A stretch of DNA of 64,000 bases from assembly GCA_043228905.1 (NCBI GenBank), contig JBHGNT010000017.1:8308001-8372000 (forward strand), written 5' to 3'. Shown here one piece after another: positions 10,757-22,300 of the stretch. Within the stretch, counting starts at the first letter, position 1; each line of letters starts with the position of its first letter. A program made the position numbers and the translations under genes. The notes below the pieces were generated by a model that saw only the letters and a program-made list of their open reading frames with translations, had not been told where the DNA came from and searched no databases. The stretch is from Azolla caroliniana. Taxonomy: Eukaryota > Plantae > Polypodiophyta.

Positions 10757-12118
10757 TAGACAATGGGCATAAGGAAGTCCGGTCCTACGGGATCCCCACA
10801 CTTAACCAGAGACTCCGGTAGTTCGGCCAACATGGCAACATGAGACCGAGAGAGAAGGTTGGTGGCGGCGGGAAACGGGACCCGGCTACGCGGAAGGCAC
10901 GAGGAGAGTCCGGGAGTGACTCAAACAAAAGACACCCGACTTTCGGCAAGCATAGAAACGGAGTCCGGCCCTATGGGACCCTCACACTGATCCGGAGACT
11001 CCGGCAGTTCGGCCAACGTGGCAACGTGAGACCGGGGGAGAAGGACGGTGGCGGTAGGGAACGGGACCCGACGACACGAGGTATCGGAAGGAGCCGATAG
11101 GGGTGAACACGAGGAGGTGTGTCAGGCTGGAAAGGCACACCTTGGACAGAACAAGAGTCTCGCGAGTGGCCATCACGGGCCGGATCGAAGCGTGACTACG
11201 GGACGGTGCTCGGCGCGGGCGAGGCCGAACGAAGGAAGTGGAAGACGGCACAAGGGAGGTGCCGAGAACGAAGGGACAAGTGCCTAGTGGACTGCATAGG
11301 GTCGGAACCAGGACGGCAAGAGAGGCCGGAGGAGGATCCTCCACACTCGCTTCGTAGATCTCGGTAGCTCCGTCGAAATAACAAAGACTGACACGGCAAG
11401 CCGGGGTGACAAGCTGGTGGGGGCGAGGGGACGACGACAAGCGAAAGACCCAGGACCTGTTTCAGCAACATGACGACGGGAAGGGCCAAGCGGGCTACTA
11501 CGGGGTGTTCCTCGGATGCAAAGGACACCGGTATGCGGGTGAATAGCGATGCAGGATCAGGTCGGAAAGGGGCCGACGAGGAGTGCAACACGGGCAGTAC
11601 CAAACAACAGACGAGGGTAGGTGACACACGGAGGTGCCGGAGCGGAAAGGCGAGCGTGGAGAAGGCCGGAAAGGGATCTTCCACACCATTCTGGAGACCA
11701 TGGCGGTTCGAGCTAACGCGGCGATGTAAGACCATGGAGAAGGAAGGTGGCAGCAGAAGGACGAAGGCGACGCGAAACACCATCGGGACATCACGATTCG
11801 ACAACGGAGGCCAAGCGGGTTGCCACGGGCATTCCTCTAGCGGAGGACATCGGGCATACGGCGGGAAGCGGGGCGTTCATACGGCCGAACAAGGGCCAAC
11901 GGAAGAACGCGTGCTACGGAGATCGCGGTAGAGGACCAATCGACGGGTCGAACGAGCCTACGGGGAGGCGAGCGGGAAGGAAGACTCGAAGCCGCCGGAT
12001 CAAACCGGCAGCGAGCCAAGATGCGGATCACGGGAGACCGGTTTCTCACCGGCCGAAATCTCTCACCCTTCAACCAGATTGGCACGTACTGGTGGACGTG
12101 CAGTTAGGTGGGGGCGGA

Positions 12119-12876
12119 TGTCGTGAAGAATTTCGGCCATAGGCGAAAACCGGGAAACATTGTCTACATCGGCGGGGTGCAGCGTGTGTACGCACCCATG
12201 TACATTTTGTGTGAATATCGAGGGCGCCTTTATGGCGCCGAAGAGTAGTCAAGTCGGGACAGACGATCCCATGAAAGTCGGGATTTGTCCCACATTGTAA
12301 CACATCCCTCTCCTTGTTCTATAAAAGGGAGGGAACGCCCTTTGTAAAAGGGTTGCCCATTTTGGATTAGAGGGTATACCGGTAGGTTTAGGGTTAGGTT
12401 TCTTCTGATTCTTCTTCTTCCCCTTCGTGTTTGTTTAGGGTTGGCTGCAGTTTATCTCCTGTGCAAGACCCTGCTCGGCGCGACGAGCCCGAGAGCTCCC
12501 CGACGGCGGCTTGACAGCAGGCGACTGTTGTAAACTATCCTGGTCCGGCTCGAAGCCGGGAGTGTATTCTTCTTATATATATATACATATACGTTTGCGT
12601 CTGTCTCTGTATATTGGCGTCTTGTTGGTGTCGGGTGCTCCCCTCCTTCCCTGCGTTTCCTGTACATAAGGGCGTGAGTCGGGTGTGTGCGTGTGTGTGC
12701 GTGAGTCGGTGTTAAGCACGCTCTCTCTCTCTCGCTCTCTCTCCCTTCGGTTGCTTCCGGTGTGTTTCTGAGATGCCCCAGAAGCAGTGAAGCACGACTT
12801 CCTACGCTCCGTCGCTCCCTAGTCCAAGACCCCTGTGGTCCCGTCTTTCTCCACGCACGCGCGTAACAACGCGACA
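12119..12876 (+). repeat. 3' LTR of D (758 bp)
   Basis: Direct repeat of 7784-8544 with scattered substitutions and microsatellite length differences. Confidence 0.95.
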
Positions 12877-12980
12877 CCGGTTCTCAGGTCCATTGATCTA
12901 GTTTCCAGATCTCTTCCGGTTCTCACCGGGTCCTCTTCATTCATAACTGGATCCCATCTGGAGGGACCGTCTTCCCAATA

Positions 12981-13342
12981 ATCTCCCCTTCACTTCGGCA
13001 TGGGATGTCTCGCTAGCCCGATCCACTTTTGGCGTGCGTCCAACTTGTCGGTTGTGAACACATTGGTCAGCATATCCGACCCGTTCTCCTCCATGTGGAT
13101 GTTCGTCAGCACGAACTCTTGATCTTTTACTCTCTCCCGGATCCAGTGGTACCTTCGCTGGATATGTTTCGTTCGGGAATGGTAGGCCGCGTTCTTTGCA
13201 AGGTGGATGGCACTTTGACCGTTGTAGTAGAGCCGATATTCCTCCTGTCGGATCCCTAGCTCTCCGATGAAGTCCTTCATCTAGATTATCTCCTTACCGG
13301 CTTCCATAGCTGCCATTACTCCGCTTCCATGGTTGATAACGC
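12981..13342 (-). pseudogene. pol: Tork-like RNase H end plus PPT (B0) abutting the B1 LTR
   Basis: ORF 12990-13280 (HSRTKHIQRRYH); minus-strand PPT AAGGGGAGAT at 12981-12990. Confidence 0.87.
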
Positions 13343-15911
13343 AAGGACTTCTTGGCATGGGAGTAAGGAGCGAGCATAGTATTATACTGCCTTGCGCCCT
13401 GTGTGCACGAACAAATGCTCGGCTACATCAAGGATGCAAAAGCGGTGAAAGAAGCCTGGGAAAATTTGAAGAAGATTTTTGCGGCAAGCACCACAACCCG
13501 GAAGTTGCAGCTCCGACAAGAGCTCAACAACATCCGACAATGGGATATGTTAGTTACCGACTATACCACCAAAATAAAGGAGATCAAAGATGCACTAGGG
13601 TCCATCAACATGATGGTGGACGAAGACGAGATGGTCCAGATCTGCCTCAATGGTTTAGCACAAAGGTACAGGCCTATTCGGATGGAGATTTGCACTCGGG
13701 AGAAGCCACTGTCCTTCTTCGACTTGCAATCAATGCTGATGGTTGAAGAAAACCACGCGAGTTGGTCGAGGACCACTCAATTGGACAACCGGATGCTATA
13801 CACGAAGGCAGATTGGCCCCGTGGGCATGGAGGACAAGGTGGATCAACACGCAACAGTGGCACCTGACAAGAGCAGAATCGGAGGCACGGAGATAGTGCC
13901 GACAACAGCTTCGGACCCTCCACGAGCAGGGGAAGTCAAGGGGTGCTGGGAACCGACAATCGAAAACCAAAAAGGAATGCTGGTATTGTGGCAAGGAAGG
14001 CCATCGGGAGAGCGAGTGATGGAAGAAGCGTGCTGATTTGGACAAGTCCAGATCCGGCCAGGCCGGACAAGGGAATCGACAACACTTGCACTATGTTGAA
14101 GGATCCGGAACCGGAAAGACCAGAAATGGATTAGACCTAACCTTTGTGATGAAGCACAAGGAAAACTTGATGAAGATGACCACCTCCAAGTCTGAAGAAG
14201 TGTGGTTTGTTGACGTCGAGGTGTCAAACCATATCACGAGCCATGAAGAGTGGTTCTCGTATGTGGAGAAACCGGAGCAACCGAGAGTGGTCTAAACCTG
14301 AGATGACACTCCGCACTCGATCGAACATGTCCGTGAAGTTCCCTTAAGTCATGTCAAACAAAAGGCAAAACTCATGAACTTGTTGCACGTCCCAAAAATC
14401 ACAAAGAACTTGGTGTCGGTCGGACAGATCGTCGACTAGGAGATGCAAGTACGATTTACGCATCTTGGGTGCTTCATCAAGAAAGAATGCCGAAAAATAG
14501 CGCAAGGGCACCGAGACGGGAGGATGTTTATTCTCGACACCAATGACGTTGGCATTGCTCTATTCGCTAAAGGATAGAAGGTCGAGTTGGATATTGACCT
14601 GTGGCATACGTGGATTGGCCACATCAATTATCGAAGGCTTCAGGACCTGCAGTCGAAACATGTTGTGTTCAGACTAACGAAATTCAATGGTCGGAAGGCC
14701 CAAAATTTTGAAGCTTTCCCGCTTCGGAAGCAACACCGGTTTCCATTCGCCAATGAGCGAAAACGGAGCCGGAACAAGCTTGATTTAATACATTTGGATG
14801 TATGGGGACTGGCACAAAATGTTAGTCTTGGCGGGAGTCGATATTTTGTCTCCTTCATCGACGACTACAGTTGGCACACATGGATCTACCTCATCGAAAA
14901 GAAAAGAGATGTTATCGACTGTTTTCGGAATCTACAAAGTCTTGGCAAATGGGAAACTAAAAGGAAAATCAAGTGCCTATGGTTAGATGGCGGAAAAGAA
15001 TACTTTTTTGGCCAATTCAATAGTTCTTTGCATCAGATGGGAATTCAGAGGGAATTCAGTTGTAGATATACCCCAGAGCAAAACGGCGTAGCCGAGAGAA
15101 AAAATCAGTCAATTGTCCAGGCGACACGGGCAATGCTGGAAGAGAAGAGCATGCCCAAATTCTATTGGGATGAAGCGGTCCAGACGGCTATCTGCATCCA
15201 AAACCGGAGCGGGGAGAAGGTGTCAGCACATGAGCTGTATTTTGGGAGGAAGCCGAACTTACGACACTTGAGGATATTCGGCAACATTGCCTATGTGCAT
15301 GTACTGGATGAGAAGCGAAGGAAGTTGGACCCGAAGTCGAAGAAGTGCATTTTCGTCTGCTATTCACACCAACAGAAAGGGTATAAGTGTTATAACCACC
15401 GAACAAAAGAAGTTTGAGTAAGCGGAGATGTCGAGTTCGATGAGTCGGCATCCTAGTATTCTTTACCGACTTTGACTCTGACCCCCGACAATGCTGACTA
15501 CCCGATCACGGAGGATGAGGCCAGTGAGCCCAAAATGATCCGGGAAGAAGAAGAAGAAGAGTTCAATACTCTATACGAGAGTCCGATCTCATTTTGGCTG
15601 AGCGGGACGAATGAAGAGCTGAGTCGGAAAGATCAACAAGATGATGAGTCAGTGAGTAATGGAGACTCGGCCATGCTCTCCCCGCGCAAGGAATTGAGGA
15701 GACAGTTTACGCACAAAGAGAAGGGGAAGAAGATGCCGGAATACGACACTGACAACAACGAGTTGGATTAGAGAAAATCTGACTCCAGAAAGAAAAAGGA
15801 TGAACCTTCGAAGACGAAGTCCGAGTCGGCCAAGAGGGCCCTTAAATCGGCGAACGAGAAGTTACGTTGATTGACCCGCCAAAAGAATCCTGTGAAGTGG
15901 TATGGTTATAA
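13343..15911 (+). mobile_element. Copia A2, 5'-truncated first part (gag-PR-INT), decayed
   Basis: ORFs 13403-13867 (gag), 14038-14295 (PR), 14587-15417 (INT); sequence resumes at 51641 (YGYNEYMA motif split). Confidence 0.88.
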
Positions 15912-17690
15912 TGTTAGGAATATGGCCAAGCATTTCGGTGAAGTGTTGCAACTTGTCTGATCCGAGTGGTTTGGTGAAGATATCGGCAATCTGCCGATCC
16001 GTCTGAACATATCGAAGTTCGACTTAATCGCTTAGGACACGCTCATGCACGAAGTGATAGTGCACTTCTATGTGCTTTGTGCGAGCATGGAATACGGGGT
16101 TCTTGGTGAGTTGAATGCTGCTCATGTTGTCACTATAGATTAGAATTGGGGTCAGAACCTCAATCTGTATGTCTCGCAACAGTCGCCGAAGACAAATGGC
16201 TTCATAGGTGGCATTGGTAGTGCCCCGGTATTCAGCCTCAGTGCTCAAAAGGGCCACTGTTGGCTGCTTTTTGCTGCTCCATGCAACAACCGCGCTACCA
16301 AGGGAAAACACATAGCCAGAGGTGGATCAACGATGTGATGCATCACCGGCCCAGTCGGCATCGGTGTAGCCAACCAGCTCTTCAGTTATACCATGCCGGT
16401 ATAACAGTCCCCGGTCCTTCGTGCCGCTCACATATCACAAAATTTGATGCGCACATAGAAGGTGCTCCACAGTCAGCTTCTGCATATATTGGCTGATCAC
16501 GCCAATCGGATAACTGATGTTGGGTTGGGTGATTGTCAAATATATGAGGCTTCCGACGATTTGTCGGAACCGCTTCTCATCGCAGGCCGGTCTGGAGTCA
16601 GGATGAAGCTTCTGGTTCCAGTCCAGGGTGTGGAGATCGGTCGGCATTCCGTCATGCCGAATTTGTACAACATATTCAACACATAGTGGCTTTGTGAGGG
16701 CAATATGCCATCGGGGGTTCGGATCACTTTGATCCCAAGGAAATAGTGAACATCCCTTAGGTCCTTCATCTCAAATGCGTTTGACAGCTGGGACTTGACT
16801 CGGTTGATTTCATCGAGTCTGGGTCCGGTGATGACTAGATCATCAACATACAACAAGATGCAAATCGGACTGTCTGGACCTTGCCAGATGAACAACGAAG
16901 AGTTGGACTTGGAGGCCGCAAACCCTATCTTACGCAACCGGTGTGTGATCTTCGCATTCCAAGCTTGGGGGGCTTGCTTCAGGCCATAAAGTGACTTCTT
17001 CAGCCGTCATACCACTGACTTGTTCATCTCTGACTGGAAAATGGGGGGTTGGGTCATAAAGAACTCTTCTTCAAGATTTCCTTGAAGAAATGCATTCTTC
17101 ATGTCCATCTGGTGAAGAGGTCACCCCCTTGCCACAACAACCGCCAGTACCACACGAACCGTTGTCATCTTCACTACTGGAGTGAAGGTCTCGTTGTAGT
17201 TGATTCCGTGGGTCTGTGCATATCCCTTCGCGACTAACCGGGCCTTGTACCGGTTAACTGAACCGTCGACATTGTACTTTACCTTGTACACCCACTTACA
17301 TCCGATCGGTTTACAGTGTCGGGGAGGGTCAACTAGGTCCTACGTGTCATTGGCATCAAGTGCCCACATTTCTTCCTCCATAACGGCACGCCAATTTGTG
17401 TCCTTTGTCGCTTCTTCGTAGCTATCCGGTTCACGCACTTCTGCCACCTTGGTCATGTACGCATAGTGATGCGCCATGTATACATTGTACCCATACCGCT
17501 TCACAGGGTTCTTTTGGCGGGAAGACTGGCGTAACTTGGTATTACCCAGTTTGGGGCCCTTCTTGGCCAGGTCAAACTTCATTCCCAAAGATCCGCCTTC
17601 ATCCTTTCCGGAGTCTGATTCGCTCCGATCCGTCTCAACGTTGTCAGTTTCGTATTCCGACATCTTCTTCTTCTCCTTCTCTTTGCGCGT

Positions 17691-18620
17691 TGTCATGAAG
17701 ATTTTCAGCAATGGTGTGAAAATCGCAAAAAACATACGAAATCGAGTATGAATCATATAAAACAATAATAGTGAAAATACTATTTTAAACAAGTTTACTA
17801 TCTTAGTACCAAAAGATGGAGGTCTTCAAGAGCTTTCGAATGCACTTTATTACATAAGAAACGAACATCTAAGTCTCAAGTTATGTGGGTAGGAACTTTG
17901 CAAAGGAAAAGAGAAAGATAAAACTGTGAGATATCCCACATAGACAGGACAAATAAGGATCTCACTGTATATAAGGCAGAACAAAAGCTATTATCTTTGT
18001 GTCTATGTGAGGAGCACACATGTTCCGGAGATTTGGGTAGTTGCAGAAAGCCAACGTGAGACCCAAGAGATGGACGGTGGTGATACCCATGTAGGACACT
18101 CCATTTGGAGACTTAGAAAGTTGCTTTAAGAACTAACGTGGGACCCAAGAGATAGATGGTAAGAGTGATGTATCAAAGAAAGGGAGGTATTAATCAAGAA
18201 ATTAAAAGTAAGAAATTCGTTATCCAATTGATGTATCAATCTTGTTCTTCAAATCTAAAGTCAAGAGTTCTATCTTATCTCAATCTCTCTCTCTTTCAAT
18301 GTATCTTAATTCCTTTCTTGCTGAAGCTAGTACAAACTTCGAGTCCTTCCGGTCTAGAACCGCGGCGGTTCCGAGTGATGTATGAAAGAAAGGGAGGTAT
18401 TAATCAAGAAATTAAAAGTAAGAAATTCGTTATCCAATTGATGTATCAATCTTGTTCTTCAAATCTAAAGTCAAGAGTTCTATCTTATCTCAATCTCTCT
18501 CTCTTTCAATGTATCTTAATTCCTTTCTTGCTAAAGCTAGTACAAACTTCGAGTCCTTCCGGTCTAGAACCGCGGCGGTTCCGCCTCACGATCCGTGCGT
18601 AGTGACGGATCTTCACAACA
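17691..18620 (+). repeat. Solo LTR (930 bp) of the D/E lineage, 4-bp TSD GCGT
   Basis: TGTCATGAAGAT...ATCTTCACAACA; GCGT at 17687-17690 and 18621-18624; the uninterrupted site in A4 (~22181) reads GCGCGTGAACC. Confidence 0.85.
18163..18583. repeat. Near-perfect 210-bp tandem duplication inside the solo LTR
   Basis: GAGTGATGTAT... starts at 18163 and again at 18373. Confidence 0.93.
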
Positions 18621-19319
18621 GCGTGAACCGTCTCCTCGGTTCCTTGCTCGGGGAGAGCACGACAAAGTCTCCAATACTCGCCGATTCCTCATCTGACTGG
18701 TCATCTCGTCTTAGCCGCTCATTTGGTCCACTTAGCCGAAATGAGATCGGACTCTCTTCTAGAGTGCCGAGGTCTTCATCTTCTAACTGGACCGGTTTTG
18801 GCTCACTAGCCTCATCCTTTAGTATCAGGTCAGGGTTGGAAGTCGGAGCCAGTAATGGATACCATGATGCCGTCTCATCAAACTCAATATCCCGGCTAAC
18901 TCGAACCTGCTTCGTCCGGGGGTTATAACATTTATACCCCTTTTGCTCATGTGAGTAACCGACCAAGATGCATTTTTCCGACTTTGCACATGCACATATG
19001 CAATGCTGTCGAATATCCGAAGGTGTCTCAAATTCGGCTTGCGCCCGAAATATAGCTCATCCACGGACACCTTGTCACCGATCCGGTTTTGGATGTAGAC
19101 GGCCTTCCGGACCACCTCAGCCCAGTAGAAGTGGGGCATGCTCTTCTCCTCCAGCATTGCCCTTGCCGTGTCGACAATCGACCGGTTCTTCCTCTCGGCC
19201 ACACCGTTTTGCTCAGGTGTGTATCTACAGCTAAATTCTCTCCGAATTCCGTTCTGCTGCAGATAACTGTTGAATTGGCCGGAAAAGTATTCTTTCCCGC
19301 CATCCGACTGTAGGCACTT

Positions 19320-22300
19320 TGTGAACGATTACTTGCGGAAGCGTTAGAAAACAGAGAAAGTAGAGAATACACAGAGTACATGGGAGAGACAGAGAGAGGA
19401 GAATGTAAAAGCTCTATTCAAAACAATATAATCGCTCTGTACATACAACTATGCTCAGTAGCACTATTTATACAAGTCCTCGTGGGACTGACAGAAGTAC
19501 CGCGTACTTCAATGCTCACACAAGCATCTGACACTTACTACGAGACTATTATTTCCTCGTAGTCTAAACTAATACTAGGCTTCCGGTTACCGATTGGATC
19601 CGGCTAACCGGCTCCCCAGCTCACCGTCTTTGTTGTTTGCCAGCTCGGTTGCTCACCGGCTTACCGATCCATCTTGCTCATCGGCTTACCGATCCATCTT
19701 GCTCACCGGCTTAGGCTTATCCAACCAATCCGGCTCTAGTTGAGCTTGCCGCTCAACACTCCCCCTCAAGCTCAACTTGAGGTTCGATCCTAGTGTTAGC
19801 TTCTGTGACAATCGGTTCTCCCAACCGACTTCTCTTGGCGTCGCTCTGCCTTGCTGGCACTCCTTGTTCGGTCCGGTTTTGTTTGCCGTGACCCCTCTTG
19901 TTCTACGTGCCAAAACCTTCTCGGTCGGTATGTCTGCTCAATAGGCCCCTCTCAGCTCCTTCGCTGCTATGACTCCGGCGCTTGCCGATCCGTCGGTTCC
20001 ACCATGATGGCATCGACTTCCGCTGCATCCGTGTCTGCTTGGCCTTGAATTGATCCGGTTCTTCTGAATCTGTCTGTTGAACCGAATCGACTGTCTCCGA
20101 TTCGTTCCAGCTCTTGTTTGAATCGGTTGCTCCCGATTCGTCTTCTGGTTCCAAGCCCTTCTCCACATCGAACCATGTCCGGGTCTTGGCCTTCTTCTTT
20201 CGGTCGGCTCTGTCTTTCTTGACTCTGCCGCTGGTGCCGCTTATTCCGACTTGTTCGGACGTGTCAACTTCCCTTGTCAACTCGGCTCCTTTCTTCTTCT
20301 TGACTCTCCCTTCATCGGTTCTTCCCTCACCGGCGCAATCGGCAGTCTCTTTGCCTTTGCCCGTTCCGGTGTTTCCGGTGTCTTTGCCCATTCTTCCCCT
20401 CAAGTGTGGCACGTCGAGATGCTGAACACCAAGCATTTCGGTGAAGCGTTGCAACTTGTCCGATCCGAGCGGTTTGGTGAAGATGTCGGCAACTTGGCGA
20501 TCTGTGTGAACATACCAAAGTTCAACCTCACCGCTCACGACACGCTCACGCACAAAGTGATAGTGCACTTCTATGTGCTTTGTGCGAGCATGGAATACGG
20601 GGTTCTTGGCGAGTTGCATGCTGCTGATGTTGTCGCAGTAGACCAGAATCGAGGTCGGTACCTCGATCTGTAGGTCTTACAGTAGTCGCCGAAGCCAAAT
20701 GGCTTCACAGGTGGCAATGGTAGCGCCCCAATACTCAGCCTCAGTGCTTGACAGAGCAACTGTTGGCTGCTTTTTGCTGCTCCACGCAACAACTGCGCTA
20801 CCTAGGGAAAACATGTAACCGAAGGTTGATCGGCGATCTAATGCATCGCCGGCCCAGTCGGCATCCGTGTAACCGACGAGCTCTTTGGTTATACCTCGCC
20901 GGTATAACAGTCCCCGGTCCTTCGTGCCGTTGACATACCGCAAGATCCTTTGCGTGCACTAAAGGTGCTCCACGGTTGGCTTATGCATGAACTGACTTAT
21001 CATTCCGACCGGATTGTTGATGTCGGGTCGCGTGATAGTCAAGTAAATAAGGCTTCCGACAATTTGTTGGAACCGTTGCTCGTTGCAGGTCGGCCCGGAG
21101 TTGGGACGAAGCTTTTGGTTCCGATCGAAGGGTGTGGAGATAGGTCAACATTCTGTCATGCCGAACTTGTACAACATATTCAAGACGTAATGTCTTTGTG
21201 AGAGGAATATTCTGTCTGGGGTTCGGATCACCTTGATCCCTAGAAAATAATGAAGGTCCCCCAGATCCTTCATCTCAAATGTGTCCGACAACTGTGACTT
21301 GACGCGGTTGACTTCTGGAAGACCCGGTCTGGTGATGACTAAATCATCAACATACAGCAGGATACATACCGGACCGGCTGAGCCTTGCCGGACGAACAAT
21401 AAAGAGTCCGATTTGGAGGCCACAAACCCCATCTTACGCAACTGGTGTGTGATCTTCGCATTCCAAGCTCGAGGGGCTTGCTTCAGGCCGTACAACGACT
21501 TCTTCTGCCGGCATACCGCCGACTTGTTCATCTCCGATTGAAAACCGGGAGGCTGAGTCATAAAGACTTCTTCTTCAAGATCACCTTGAAGAAATGCATT
21601 CTTCACATCCATCTGATGAAGATGCCACCCCCTTGCTACAACAACCGCCAACACCACTCGAACCGTCGTCATCTTCGCTATAGGAGCAAAGGTCTCATCG
21701 TAGTCGATTCTGTGGTTCTATGCATATCCCTTCGCCACTAACCGGGCCTTGTACCGGTTAACTGAACCGTCGGCATTGTACTTTACTTTGTACACCCACT
21801 TGCATCCGATCGTTTTACAGTGACGGGGAGGGTCAACTAGGTCCCATGTCTCGTTGACATCAAGTGCCCGCATTTCTTCCTCCATAGCGGCACGCCAATT
21901 TGTGTCCTTTGCCGCTTCTGCGTAGCTCACACACTTCCGCCACCTTAGTCATGTACGCGTAGCGATGCGCCATGTACTCATTGTACCTGCACCGCTTGAC
22001 GGGATCCTTCTGGCGGGTGGACCGGCGTAATTCACCGTTACCCGATTTGAGGCCCTTCTTGGCCGGATTGGTCTTCGTTGCCAAAGATCTGCCATTCTGC
22101 TTGCCGGAGTCGGACGCACACCGATCCGACTCATCGTTGCCGGTTTCAAATTCCGACATCTTCTTCTTCCCCTTCTCTTTGCGCGTGAACCGTGTCCTCG
22201 GTTCCTTGTGCGGAGTGCACGGTAGAGTCTCCACTACTCGCCGGTTCCTGATCGAATTGGTCAGATTGACTCAGTCTCTCGTTCGGCGCGCTCAACCGGA

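Larger units (their letters stand above)
7784..12876 (+). mobile_element. Non-autonomous gag-only Ty3/gypsy-type element D, 4-bp TSD CCGG
   Basis: Highly similar LTRs 7784-8544 and 12119-12876 (TGTCG...CGACA); CCGG at 7780-7783 and 12877-12880; PBS 8549-8566; PPT-like TAGGTGGGGGCGGA before the 3' LTR; no pol motifs. Confidence 0.92.
3386..12980 (-). mobile_element. Ty1/copia element B1 (Tork/Tnt1-like): LTR 7357-7783 + 12881-12980 (split by D) and gag-PR-INT-RT remnants
   Basis: gag with CCHC knuckle (CFYCGKPGHFQKNC), PR (WVVDS), INT, RT (EQLDVKTAFLHGDL); degenerate iMet PBS at 7342-7353. Confidence 0.88.

Noticed and set aside
10320-12118. Several 80-200-aa ORFs inside D as remnant pol or cargo
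   Set aside because: GC-rich repeat-derived frames with no PR, RT, RH or INT motifs.
18156-18602. 148-aa ORF with an internal repeat
   Set aside because: Produced by the 210-bp duplication in a solo LTR.
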